Assembly (NCBI GenBank): GCA_964016885.1
Contig: OZ024745.1
Span: 7,564,001 to 7,628,000, forward strand
Source of the DNA: Eledone cirrhosa
Taxonomy: Eukaryota
Length of the DNA: 64,000 nt
Reading direction: 5' to 3'
Part shown: positions 42,686-54,801 of the stretch, piece after piece
How positions within the stretch are numbered: the stretch's first letter is position 1
Layout: each line of letters starts with the position of its first letter
Translations under genes and position numbers: made by a program
Notes under the pieces: generated by a model
Databases searched by the model: none
Seen by the model: only the letters and a program-made list of their open reading frames with translations
What the model was told of the DNA's origin: nothing

Positions 42686-45439
42686 ACTCTGAACTAAATA
42701 GAAAAAGAAAACAAATTATACAATTTTTTAATTACCTTAATCTAAAAATAGAAATAGAGAATAACCATAGAATAGTCAATTTCCTAGATGTAACACTAAA
42801 TCTCAACACATGTCTTCACTATCCATTTCACAAACTAAATGAAAACTTGAATTATGTCAATTTTAACTCTAATCACCCCAGATCTGTTAAAAATACTATA
42901 GTGAACTCTGTTCAAGAACGAATCTCAAGAATTTCATCTAATAAAAATATTTTCGACGAAAAAGCGCAGTATTACAATGAAGCGTTAGCTAGAGCAGGAT
43001 ATAGTGATAAAATTAAGTACATCGATAATAATAGGCAAACTAACCAAAATAATAACAATTTTAATTACGGTAACAACATTAAAAACTATAATAGAAAACA
43101 TTACAATAATTCCAAAAGCCGGAAAAGAAATAGAACTAGAAATATAATATGGTTTGCCCCCCCCCCTTTCTCACTAAGTATTAAAACCCACATTGCTAAA
43201 CTATTTTTTAATGCTCTTGACAAACGCTTCCCTAGAACACATAAATATCACTCAATTTTAATAGACATACTATAAAATTAACTTACTCGTCCACCAAAAA
43301 TTTAGCACAAAATATTAACAGAATAAATAATAGGAATTTAAAACCTAACCAAAATACCAATAATAACCCAAACAATATTCAATTAAACAACTGTAACTGT
43401 AGAAATAAATCTAAATGTCAGTTAAATAACAATTGCTTAGTTAAAAATATAATATACAATTGTAATGTTAAAACTAACTTAAATTCTTTCAACTATGTTG
43501 GTTCCACCTCGACAGAATTTAAACTTCGCTACAATAATCATAAGAATTCTTTCACAGATCCAAACAAAAAATCTTCAACTTCACTATCAGGCTTACTCTG
43601 GCAACTTAAACGTGATAACGTTGGGTATTCGATGTTTTGGAATATTGTCTCAAGAGGGATTCCTTTTAATTCCTCATCTGAGACATGTGATCTCTGTGTG
43701 GAGGAGATATTCTTTATATTAAAATCCAAAAATTCCCTTAATTTAAGGAGCAATTTATTCAGTTGCTGCAGGCATAGATTGAACTCAACGTTTAAATATA
43801 AATACAAATTTAAAATGTAGTATAATTAATTAAGAAATTTAATTAATGTATGAAACCTGACGATAAATCTTTCGATTCCTTCAACTTTTTCTTTTAAACC
43901 TTCTTCATAAATATAAACTAATGATGTAATTAAACTACTCTAAAATGTAGATGCTCCCAATGTATTAAATAAATTTTACGCAAGATAAACTTCTATACTA
44001 AATATAAGAGGATCCGTAGAACCACAGGGTCTCCTAAATCCTTTAAATGATTTTTGTTAAATAATTTTTGGTTTTTGTTTGCTTTTTGCTTTTTGATTCT
44101 GATTGCTTCTAAAGAACTTGGCAATATATTGTCTGATAAATTGGAAGGGGGTAGATTTCTGTGGTAAATATAAGAAGCATACTGTGTTTTTGTGGCCTGA
44201 GATACTCTAGGGAGTGATGAAAATATTTTAACGTTTTGATATTTCTGTGCTGATATATTGATATCTGGTTGTCTCTGTACAAAGGCCATATGTATTAATA
44301 TGCATATGGAGTGACTACAGAGTATATTTTATCTGTTCATGTACCTGTATGTGTGCATACATATATATCTATATGTATGTGGGTATAGTTCTGTATATGT
44401 TACAGATATGCATAAGATTCTATACATGAACGATAATCATGTATGTGAGGGCATGAATATTAATCGTTTATTTTTTATGTATATATATATAGTGAAATCT
44501 TTTATAACACAAGGAAAAAAAATTTTTTTTGAAAAACAAGAAATTACAGAGTTGATCACGTAAAGTCATGGGTATGTCTATAATATCAACTAGAGCTTGA
44601 CATGACTTTCTCTTTCTCTTTTTCTTTCCTTTTCCAGAAAGTGCATATGCATGTGTATGTATATACTTATATATCTCCGTATTTTTATAAATAGGGTAAT
44701 TTTTTGAAGATTTATCTCAGTTTTTGGTACATCGACCTCAGAGTTTTAAACTAAACATATGGTCATTATTGAGCAAAATTATTTTCACACATTATATATC
44801 TATGTCTCATTCATGAATATTGATATTTACATTATATGATAATTCAAATTGATAGGACATGACGTAAAGATGTAACTCTATCATCCCTCTCTCTAGATAT
44901 AGCTCTTTCTTCTCCTCTCTCTTTATATATGATGAAGTTTATGTATCTGTTGTTTTGACTTTGCCTCTCATGTTTATCTCTTATTTCTCTCTTGATTTTC
45001 ACCTCCCCCTATATAATTATTATTATTTTGTCTCCCTCTTTCTTTTCCCCCCACCTCTATCTCTCTCTCTCTGTTTTCTCTTCATCTCCTCTTTTTCTTT
45101 CTTTCCGTCTCCTCCATAACTGTCCTTAACACTATAACTAAATAATTACCGTACTCCCTCCCTCTTAAACCTCTCAATTTGTATGATGAATTATTATTAT
45201 TCATCTGTTGCCTTCGGTTGCCTCTCTTTTTTCACCTCCTCCCTATTTCTCTCTCCCCTATCTCTCTCTATTTCTCTCTGTTTTTCTTTAAATACATTTC
45301 TTCTTTTTCTCCGTCTTTCTTTATAACTGTGCTTAACACTAAATATTTATAAACACTTCACTACCAAACCAGCTTCCTACATAATGGTCGCTCATATTTA
45401 TGGTACGTCAAAATTATTTATAAAACTGTTTATATATTG

Positions 45440-45505
45440 TATTTTATCTGACGAAGGCATGCCATATTTTTAATATGGTATCCCCGAAATATGTATAATG
45501 AAATA
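45440..45505 (+). ncRNA. Hammerhead (family E)
   Basis: UAUUUUAU-CUGACGA-aGGcAUGCCAUAUU-uuu-AAUAUGGUAUcCCc-GAAA-UAUGUA-UA-AUGAAAUA. Confidence 0.8.
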
Positions 45506-45545
45506 AATATGGTTTTATAAATATAGTTTCCATTTGTTTAATATC

Positions 45546-45631
<86 letters not shown>

Positions 45632-45716
45632 AAAAAGTAAACAGAAATAACAACAAAATCGGTACAGTATATAGAAGGAATATATTAGGTTCACGCTTGA
45701 AATACCAGGAAGGGGG

Positions 45717-45752
45717 TCTTGACGTTTTGGACGCTAGTCCTTCACCAGAAGA
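45717..45752 (-). ncRNA. Degenerate hammerhead (family C) in relic 45628-45765
   Basis: UCUU-CUGGUGA-A-GGACUAGCGUCC-AAAAC-GUC-AAGA (two core mutations). Confidence 0.5.
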
Positions 45753-46056
45753 AAGAATGAGAAATTTTATCGTATTGTTGGTTCACCATCTGGAGTTCTC
45801 GATACATAGGTGGGTCCGTTGAAGTCTACTGCTCGGTGTTAAACTGTGGTCGGTTTCCCTCAGATGCAGAGTGGAATATTAAAATATAGGAACCAGGTGC
45901 CAGAGTGTCATCATTGAGTGTATTCAGGTGTGACGCACGTTTCGCTATTCATCAGCTCAAAGTACGATCTGTATTGATCTGGTCCGACACTGCAATCTTC
46001 CACACGCACACACACACACACATATATATATAGACATATATAAGGAAATGAGGTTT

Positions 46057-46089
<33 letters not shown>

Positions 46090-46639
46090 CTGTATGTGTG
46101 TCTGTGTGTGTGTGTGTCTGTGTGTATGAGTGTATGTGTGTGTCTGTGTATATGTGTGTGTCTGTATGTGTGTGTCTGTGTGTGTGTGTCTGTGTGTATG
46201 AGTGTATGTGTGTGTCTGTGTATATGTGTGTGTCTGTATGTGTGTGTCTGTGTGTGTCTGTGTGTCTGTGTGTGTGTGTGTCTGGTCTTGGTCTCGTCCC
46301 CCCCTCATTACTGAGAGTCGGGAGCCATGGACTAAATCCCATATATATATGATAATGTATGTCCATGATTCTCATCGGGAAAAAGTGATGTCTGTGGTTC
46401 CCAAATACTCGTCTGACCATTACTGGGGTGACCATTACTGGGGTGACATCACAACTAGTAATTAAGGACAAAATGAAGATATGCAGGCACACATAAAAAC
46501 CAAACAAATAAAACAAATCAGTGACCTCTCAAGTGACCAACATCCGCCTTCATTACAAGAATGAATCTGTTGGTGACTGAAGAGTCGCATCTACCCAGGT
46601 TTTGAAATCAGAATAATCCTTCTAGACAGACTGCCAACC

Positions 46640-46694
<55 letters not shown>

Positions 46695-46762
46695 CGAGGT
46701 CTAGCAAATAGAGAAAAAGTTTTAAAATAAATTTTAAAAAATTCGCTGTACTTACTATATGT

Positions 46763-46844
46763 GCCTTTACCGCGGTTTCATGCTCCAGAATAAACGGACA
46801 ATCCAAGCGGATTTACATTGAGAAGGGAGTAATCTTCAGAAGGC
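46763..46844 (-). ncRNA. Hammerhead (family I)
   Basis: GCCUU-CUGAAGA-uUACUCC...GGAGCAu-GAAA-CCGCGG-UA-AAGGC. Confidence 0.8.
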
Positions 46845-47301
46845 TCTTCTCCCTCGGAGAATATAAAATTCCCGAGTTCAAATCACAAAACCATTCCCAA
46901 ATGAGAGCGGATGATGAAAGAAATAATTCTGTCTGGTGCCGTGTGCAAAGATGAAAGAGAGGGTGGACAGGTCAATGTCCTGCCACTAGAAATAGCAGCA
47001 GTCCAAACGGCCAAAATTTTATCTCTACCTTAGTGGGAGATGAATAATAATAAAGTATGAATTCCAACGTGTAAAAAATACATTTAGGGAAACAAGTATT
47101 ATCCAACCGTATGCCAATGTGATTCTATGGCGGGTTAATAAATTAACAAGCCAGAACATATAAAATCGAGGTCTAGCAAATACGGCACACGACACCAGAC
47201 AGAATTATTTCTTTCATCATCCGCTCTCATTTTGGAATGGTTTTGTATGGCGTCAGTTTGTGATTTGAACTCGGGAATTTTATATTCTCCGAGGGAGAAG
47301 A

Positions 47302-47383
47302 GCCTTCTGAAGATTGCTCCCTTCTCAATGAAAATCCGCTTGGATTTTCCGTTTATTCTGGAGCATGAAACCGTGGTAAAGGC
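47302..47383 (+). ncRNA. Hammerhead (family I)
   Basis: GCCUU-CUGAAGA-uUGCUCC-[inner GAAAAUCC/GGAUUUUC hairpin]-GGAGCAu-GAAA-CCGUGG-UA-AAGGC. Confidence 0.82.
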
Positions 47384-47576
47384 ACATATAGTAAATACAG
47401 CGAATTTTTTAAAATTTATTTAAAAACTTTTTCTCTATTTGCTAGACCTCGATTTTATATGTTCTGGCTTGTAAATTTATTAACCCGCCATAGAACCACA
47501 TTGGCATACGGTTGGATAATACTTGTTTCCCTATATGTATCTTTTACACGTAGGAATTCATACTTTATATATATAT

Positions 47577-48326
47577 AGTGAGTTGGAATTTGGCCGGAGT
47601 ATCGTTATTAGCTTTCTCCGTTTATGTATTTATATATTTACTCTTGGTGCAACAGATATGAACTTTCTCGATATAAGGTATGACTCTCTTTGTTTATTTT
47701 TTATATGAATATTGACTGTTTGTTCTTGTATTTCATTCTGTTATTTTGCCCAAGAAAATATCTATATGTGTCATTAAGCGAAGCGCACATATGGTTATTT
47801 TTTCATATCCAATTGAGTTCTAAGTACCTGGCTTGAATTCTTATCGGAATTCAACTGACCTGCTCATGTATTGTTTTTGGCGGTAGTCTCCTTCCTCCTA
47901 TTTTCGAGACAGTGTGAGATTTTCTTTAGAACTGCTGGACTAACAACCTAGCAGCTCCCTCAAGCACTGATGGTGATTATCGCTATATATTGATGTTGAT
48001 TTGGTTAGCAATATTAATATTATTGGGCACCCACTGAAGAATTATAAGAGTCCACTTGTATAAGTATCTGTTGATCTTATACAAGCTTCTACATAATTTG
48101 GTATAATTTCACCCAACTTGTAGAAATCTTATAATGAAACGAGTCGTCTGGGAAGAGATATATTCGATATATCTCATATGAAATGATACAGCCAATTCTC
48201 CACACAATACAATTAGTTAGCACCCCGATCGTTTAATTAGGATTATACTCAGATATTTCCTAATGTTTGTTGAGTGAGTTGGAATTTGGCCGGAGTATGG
48301 CTATTAGCTTTCTCCGTTTATGTATT

Positions 48327-48330
<4 letters not shown>
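47577..48330 (+). mobile_element. ORF-less terminally redundant HHR element (696-nt period), retrozyme-like
   Basis: 58-bp direct repeat with 2 mismatches at 47577-47634 and 48273-48330; microsatellite flanks; internal HHR. Confidence 0.75.
48030..48152 (+). ncRNA. Hammerhead with branched stem II (family J)
   Basis: CCCA-CUGAAGA-AUUAUAAGA-[two inner hairpins]-UCUUAUAAU-GAAA-CGAGUCG-UC-UGGG. Confidence 0.8.
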
Positions 48331-48406
<76 letters not shown>

Positions 48407-48407
48407 C

Positions 48408-48954
48408 TGTTATACTTTGGGAGGGTCATGCTGCCAATAAAAACACACGCACCTGCTGGTTTCAACTTCAATTTATTATAAATTGTTGGTTGGTTGGTTC
48501 CACAACCGGATGGCTGTTTATATATTGTCAAAGCTCTTTCGTCACACATTCTGTTACCTCCTCAGTGACTGGGTTTTTAATTTGTGTCTCTCCTTTGTTC
48601 TGTCCTTCATCATCTTGTTTTTGTGTGTTGTCTTGTGTGCTTAGTCTGCGCATGCGTTACATCTGGGTGTGTGTGTGTTTTTATTTATTTCTGTGTTATT
48701 TACTTGTCACTAGTTTGTTCTATCTGTGTGTGTCTGATTTGTTTTATTAGTTTGGTTTTTGTGTGTGTCTGTATGTCTTCATTTTGTCCTTAATTACTAG
48801 TTGTGATGTTGCTATTCCACTCATGTTTTCTGTTTAATTTTGGTTGGAGTTCGTTTATGTTTGTCTGAGCGTTGCATCTTTTCTGTGTGTGGATATAATT
48901 TTTATCTCTATGCGTGTGTTTTTATTGACACCATGACCCTCCCAAAGTATAACA
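48408..48954. mobile_element. TG...CA-bounded element with 44-bp TIRs (MITE or solo LTR)
   Basis: TGTTATACTTTGGGAGGGTCATG...CACACGCA and its inverse at 48911-48954 (2 mismatches). A related terminus lies at 6688-6709 and an internal fragment at 46446-46521. Confidence 0.75.
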
Positions 48955-48988
48955 ATATCTGTTTCAACACACGGTTTTCATCTTGCAA

Positions 48989-49024
<36 letters not shown>

Positions 49025-49030
<6 letters not shown>

Positions 49031-49673
49031 AAAAAAAAAAAGAAAAGAATGACTTCACTTGTAGTTCTAAACTATTTAATTTTATTATATTATAATTTTA
49101 CAATTTGGTTTTGTAAATTTAGTAAGTTCTTTGTTAACTTCGGTGGAGAGAATTTTTAAAGATTCCTGGTTAGCTTTCCTGGAGAACTTCCTCGCATTCG
49201 TCGGTGGTGATTGTCAAACTGATATCAGGTGGTGTTGTGATGTGTGACTCTATATATAAGAGAGATGGGTGCGTCTGGAGGTGGGGTTTGTTAATAAGTG
49301 TTGGAGTGAAGGAGTGTTGGTGAAGATTTAAAGGAATTAAAGCATATATAAACACAAGAGCTGAAACAAAATAGTGAATGATAAAAGCAAGATAATTGAT
49401 CGAGAGGTGTTTTATATAGTTGGGAGGTGTTGGGGGTGTTTAAGGAGTCTTGTGAAAGTTCCCTCCTGCTGGTTCCATTTCAATAGACGACATTTTCAAA
49501 TTCTTTTTCTTACAGCTGAATCAACTATTTAAATCTATAAAGAAAAACTTCAAAAATTTTCTATATTAAAGATGTAAAATTATAATATAAAATTAAATTG
49601 TTTAGAACTACTAGTTAAGTCATTCCTTTTTTCAAATATACCTATCAGTACCAAGGATTTTACCTATTTTCCA

Positions 49674-49680
<7 letters not shown>
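49025..49680. mobile_element. Decayed relic with inverted ends of about 70 bp plus a short tail, in (TA)n
   Basis: 49025-49102 is an imperfect inverse of 49573-49640. Confidence 0.5.
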
Positions 49681-49704
<24 letters not shown>

Positions 49705-49705
49705 A

Positions 49706-49758
49706 AGGCTTCTACAAGACTAGAACTGTTTCATTCGGTAGAAATCATCAGGAAGCCT
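49706..49758 (-). ncRNA. Hammerhead (family K), intact
   Basis: AGGCUUC-CUGAUGA-uUUC-uacc-GAAu-GAAA-CAG-uucuaguc-UUG-UA-GAAGCCU; stem I is 7 bp. Confidence 0.82.
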
Positions 49759-49803
49759 TCCTGATGATTTCTACCGAATGAAAGAGTTCTAGTCCTGTAG
49801 AAG
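49757..49803 (+). ncRNA. Hammerhead (family K), mirror copy with one stem III mismatch
   Basis: CUUC-CUGAUGA-uUUCuaccGAAu-GAAA-gAG-uucuaguc-CUG-UA-GAAG. Confidence 0.65.
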
Positions 49804-49886
49804 CCTTTATATATTAAATATTTATACTCTGCTTTATGTTGAGTACCTTACTTACTGTGGTTACCCCCGATTGAACCCGGTATAAA

Positions 49887-49941
<55 letters not shown>

Positions 49942-50068
49942 AAAGTTATATTTAAATTGTTGTGTTACAACTAGTAAATATTTATAACTGATATAAAAGC
50001 ACTCGACAAATATTTGGAGTATATTTACAATATTAAATAAATGGAAACTATATTTATAAAACCATATC

Positions 50069-50134
50069 TATTTCATTATATATATTTCAGGGATAACATA
50101 TTAACAATATGCTATGCCTTCCTCAGACAAAATA
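50069..50134 (-). ncRNA. Hammerhead (family E)
   Basis: Reverse complement of 54478-54543. Confidence 0.85.
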
Positions 50135-50840
50135 CAATATAAACAGTTTTATAGATAAATAGATTCGACATACCGTAACAACATCTACTTGCATTTGAGA
50201 AGGTTGATTTGGTTGTGACAAAATTGTACACAGAGAGAAAGAAAGAGAGAGAGAAAGAGAGAAAAAGAGAGAAAAAAGGAAAGAAAGACAGAAAACGAAG
50301 AAAAAGAAAAAGAAGAAATGCATGGAACAAAATAGAGAGATGGAAAGATAGATAAAGAGAAGAACTTCATGTAAAGAAACAGAAAGAGATATATATATAT
50401 ATAGAGAGAGGAAATAGAGATAGATACATATATAGAGAGCTAGGTAGTGGGACGACTGTTGAATAACGTATCAATGATACATTTATTTGTTTATTTATTT
50501 ATTTAGCTCTAGTATTAATGTAAGGGAGATATATGGAGGGAAAACCAGCTGTTAAATAGGGAGAGAAAAAATATAGAGAGAGAAAAAAAAGAGAGAGAGA
50601 AAATTCAAAATTCAAAAATATCCAGACACAGGCGAGGCGTACAAACCTCTGTTTTAATGTAGAGGTATTAGTAATTACAAAACCAGCCTCTGCATTATAT
50701 ACTCCAAATATACTCCAAATATTTGTCGAGTGCTTTTATATCAGTTATAAATATTTACTAGTTGTAACACAACAATTTAAATATAACTTTCCATATATCT
50801 TGCTCCAATATTGTTGAGCGCTTTATATTATAACTGGAAA

Positions 50841-53063
50841 ATGGAATTCTTTAAGATTACTTCCTCTTTAAAAGACATACCTCTACCTAGAAACAAAGAC
50901 TTTATAAAACAATTAATAGATAAATCTGACTCTTTTATAAGGAGAATCAGGTGGCGAGCATTCCACTTTGATAAATCTAATACAAACGAAAATGTCTCGG
51001 ACTTAAACAAAGTTTTCAAATCTAAAAGAAATCCACCCCCTAACAAACTTTTATCTGACTTTGAAAACGATATAATTTCTATCATACAAGGGGTCAAATT
51101 CAAGAGAAACTTCAAAGGCCAGGAATATCTGAAAGGCATTAAGGATAACATTGAGAGCTTAGAGAAAACTGAGAAGATCTTGGTGAAATCTGACAAGACC
51201 AACAACCTCTATGGAGTGCAGAAAGACATGTATAATGGCCTCATACTGAAGGAACTGAGGAAAAAGTACAAGGTAGCAGATAAGGCCGAGCTTGAGAAAA
51301 TGAATGTTGAAGCATCTTGTATAATGCACGAGTTGGAAATTGAGAACAGAACACAACCTTTCGTGCCCAGGAAACCGAAGATCAATATGAAAGATCACAA
51401 GAGGAATTTTGAAAATGACTTGCCAGTTAGATTGATCGCACCATCAAAATCGGACCTGGGCAAATTAAGCAAAAACATTCTTGACAGGGTGATACGGCAA
51501 ATTAAGAACTTGGATTGTTTATCTAACTTGAGCTTGTGGAAGGGAACTGGAGAAGTCGTTGAGTGGTTTAAGCAAATTAAATATAACAATAATAATAAGT
51601 TTATTCAACTTGATATAGCTAACTATTATTCTTCTATTACCCCTAATCTACTAAATAAGGCACTAAATTACGCATTCAAACATACTGACCTAACTAGCAA
51701 TGAAATGCATATTATATTATCGGCTAGGAAAACTTTGATAGAATTTAATGACCAACTATGGACCAGAGCAGATAGAGATAGCAATTTTGACATTACTATG
51801 GGATCATCCGACTCAGCCCAGGTAACTGACCTTGTGGGTTTATTTTTAATCAATTCGCTACATAGGAAAATACCTGGTACTACCGGAGGTTTATATAGAG
51901 ACGACATGCTTTTACTTATTGATAATAATAACTCTGAACTAAATAGAAAATGTAAACAAATTACACAATTTTTTAATTACTTTAATCTTAAAATAGAAAT
52001 TGAAAACAACCATAGAATAGTCAATTTCCTAGATATAACATTAAATCTCAACACATGTCTTCACTATCCTTTTCACAAGTTGAATGACAACTTAAACTAT
52101 GTAAACTTTAACTCTAACCACCCCAGATCTGTCAAAAACACTATAGTAAACTCTGTCCAAAAACGTATCTCTAGGATCTCGTCGAATAGAAAGATTTTCG
52201 ACGAAAAAGCCCAATACTACAATGAAGCATTAGCTAGAGCAGGATATGCTGATAAGATTGTGTACATAGATAATGATAGACAAACTAAACAAAGTAACAA
52301 CTTTTTTAATTACGGCAACATCCTTAACAACTATAATAGAAAGCATTACAATAATTCCAAAGGCCAAAAAAGAAATAGAACTAGGAACATAATTTGGTTT
52401 GCCCCCCCCCCCCCCCCTTTCTCACTAAACATTAAAACCCACATCGCTAAACTATTTTTTTAAGCTCTTGATAATCGCTTCCCTAGAACACATAGATATC
52501 ACTCAATTTTCAATAGACATACAATTAAATTAACCTACTCATCCACCAAAAATTTAGCACAAAATATCAATAGAATAAATAATAGGAACTTAAAACCTAG
52601 TGATAACAGCATAAATAATATACAAGTTAACAAATGTAACTGTAGAGATAGATCTAAATGTCCGTTAAATAACAACTGCTTAGTTAAAAATATAGTATAC
52701 AATTGTAATGTTAATACTGACTCTAATTCTTTTAACTACGTCGGTTCCACATCGACGGAATTTAAACTTCGCTATAATAACCACAAGAATTCTTTCACAG
52801 ATCCAAGTAAAAAATCTTCAACGGCACTATCAGGCGTACTATGGCAACTTAAGCTAGATAACGTTAGATATTCGACGGCTTGGAATATAGTCTCAAGAGG
52901 GATTCCTTTTAATTCATCCTCTGAGACATGTGACCTCTGCGCAGAGGAGATATTCTTTATACTAAAATCTAAAAATTCCCTTAATCTACGGACAAATTTA
53001 TTCAGTTGTTGCAAACATAGATTAAACTCAACGTTTAAATATAAATTTAAATTTAAAATGTAG
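50841..53063 (+). CDS. PLE reverse transcriptase + GIY-YIG endonuclease (Naiad-like), 740 codons with one in-frame TAA at 52461-52463
   Basis: N-terminal SLKDIPLP..RRIRWRAF; LDIANYYSSI; ITMGSSDSAQVTDLVG; YRDD. After the TAA the same frame continues without stops: CNCRDRSKCPLNNNCLVKNIVY...YVGST..FKLRYNNH..CDLC..CKH. The clade call is from recalled motifs. Confidence 0.92.
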
Positions 53064-54477
53064 TATATTTAGTTTGATTTATAATTATATGGGAAACTAG
53101 CCGATAAATCTTTGATTCTCTTTTTACTCTTTTTATTTTTATTTTATTTATTTATTTAAACATTCTTCATGAAAAATTAAACTATCCTAAAAGTTGATGC
53201 TCCAAATATTTCGAATAAACGTTACACTAGATAAACTTCTATATTAAATATAAGAACACATGTAGACCAAATTGGGCATCCTATACTTTTTGAAATGATC
53301 TTTGCTAGATGCGATTTGATAGATAATTTTTGGCTTTATCTGTTTTTCGACTCTGATGTTTATAATGAACTTTGCAATATATTGTCAATTAATTTTGAAG
53401 GGTTGATCTTTGTGGTTTATTTTATTTTTATTACTGTAGTATTTCCTAATTTTTATTTTTAATATTTTTAATATGTAAATTTTTTAATATGTAATATTTT
53501 TAATATGTAATACTCTTTCGTAATATTTCTTAGTTTTCTATTTTATTATTACTTATTATTATTATTGTTATTTTAGTTTAGTTTGGTTTCCGATATATTT
53601 TTATTTTTATTTTTATTGGTATATTGAAATCTGCTCTATCTTTGCTTGATAGATAATCTTGTAGAGTAGAGACAGAAATAGTAATATTGACTCTATATAC
53701 ACATATATGTATACTTAAATTTTTATACCGCATTGAGAATACTTTCCGTGAACTTAGGGTTTGCAGAATTGATCATGTACATTCACATAGATGTTTGTAA
53801 TTATCACATAAACATATGAATTTTTTAAAAAACTAAACATAAGATCATTAATTTTCACACATTGTGGATACATATCTCATTCAGGAATACTGATATTTAC
53901 AATGCAGAGGCTGGTTTTGTAATTACTAATACCTCTACATTAAAACAGAGGTTTGTACGCCTCGCCTGTGTCTGGATATTTTTGAATTTTGAATTTTCTC
54001 TCTCTCTTTTTTTTCTCTTTCTTTTTTTTCTCTCTCTATATTTTTTCTCTCCCTATTTAACAGCTGGTTTTCCCTCCATATATCTCCCTTACATTAATAC
54101 TAGAGCTAAATAAATAAATAAACAAATAAATGTATCATTGATACGTTATTCAACAGTCGTCCCACTACCTAGCTCTCTATATATGTATCTATCTCTATTT
54201 CCTCTCTCTCTATATATATATATCTCTTTCTGTTTCTTTACATGAAGTTCTTCTCTTTATCTATCTTTCCATCTCTCTATTTTGTTCCATGCATTTCTTC
54301 TTTTTCTTTTTCTTCGTTTTCTGTCTTTCTTTCCTTTTTTCTCTCTTTTTCTCTCTTTCTCTCTCTCTTTCTTTCTCTCTGTGTACAATTTTGTCACAAC
54401 CAAATCAACCTTCTCAAATGCAAGTAGATGTTGTTACGGTATGTCGAATCTATTTATCTATAAAACTGTTTATATTG

Positions 54478-54543
54478 TATTTTGTCTGAGGAAGGCATAG
54501 CATATTGTTAATATGTTATCCCTGAAATATATATAATGAAATA
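54478..54543 (+). ncRNA. Hammerhead (family E), about 43 nt from the element end
   Basis: UAUUUUGU-CUGAGGA-AGGcAUAGCAUAUU-guu-AAUAUGUUAUcCCU-GAAA-UAUAUA-UA-AUGAAAUA. Confidence 0.85.
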
Positions 54544-54766
54544 GATATGGTTTTATAAATATAGTTTCCATTTATTTAATATTGTATATATATATATATA
54601 TATATGGGAGGAGGTTATAGTTCACTTGAAGCATTGTGTAATGAGGTATAAACGTTAGAATATGTGTAATAAGGCCAAGACAATGCAGATATGGACATAG
54701 AAAAAGAATGCAATAGTGAGAGATATTGATGAGAATTCGTCTTTCACCTTGAATTTATTTAAATGT

Positions 54767-54801
54767 CCTTAATTTTCGAGATAATATCTCTTCTTCGGAG
54801 G
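54767..54801 (-). ncRNA. Minimal hammerhead-like motif with CCGAAGA core (family L)
   Basis: Reverse complement of 58413-58447. Confidence 0.65.

Larger units (their letters stand above)
41907..45546 (+). mobile_element. 5'-truncated, decayed Naiad-like PLE (coding 41909-43820, SINE-interrupted, one frameshift near 43260; 1.7-kb 3' UTR ending in HHR)
   Basis: Same protein family as 50841-53063: YRDD, ITMGSSDSAQVTDLVG, CNCR..CQL..CL..IIY..YVGST, CDLC, CRH. Confidence 0.93.
46688..47567. mobile_element. Nested inverted non-coding PLE-end relics (family I)
   Basis: 46688-46945 is the inverse of 47184-47460; 47051-47182 is the inverse of 47437-47567. Confidence 0.8.
49938..54586 (+). mobile_element. 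Near-full-length Naiad-like PLE with inverted upstream pLTR copy
   Basis: Inverted arm 50026-50696 corresponds to 53901-54586, and 49938-50025 to the 5' UTR at 50710-50795; (TA)n on both sides. Confidence 0.93.

Noticed and set aside
45932-45955. Minus-strand CUGAUGA-AUAGC-GAAAC-GUGC-GUC hammerhead
   Set aside because: The core looks right, but there is no stem II helix and stem I does not pair; at most a decayed relic.
52461-52463. Selenocysteine or programmed recoding in the Naiad-like ORF
   Set aside because: The stop is TAA rather than TGA, aligns to Asn in the paralogue rather than Cys, and the frame is unchanged; a simple nonsense mutation or base-call error is more likely.
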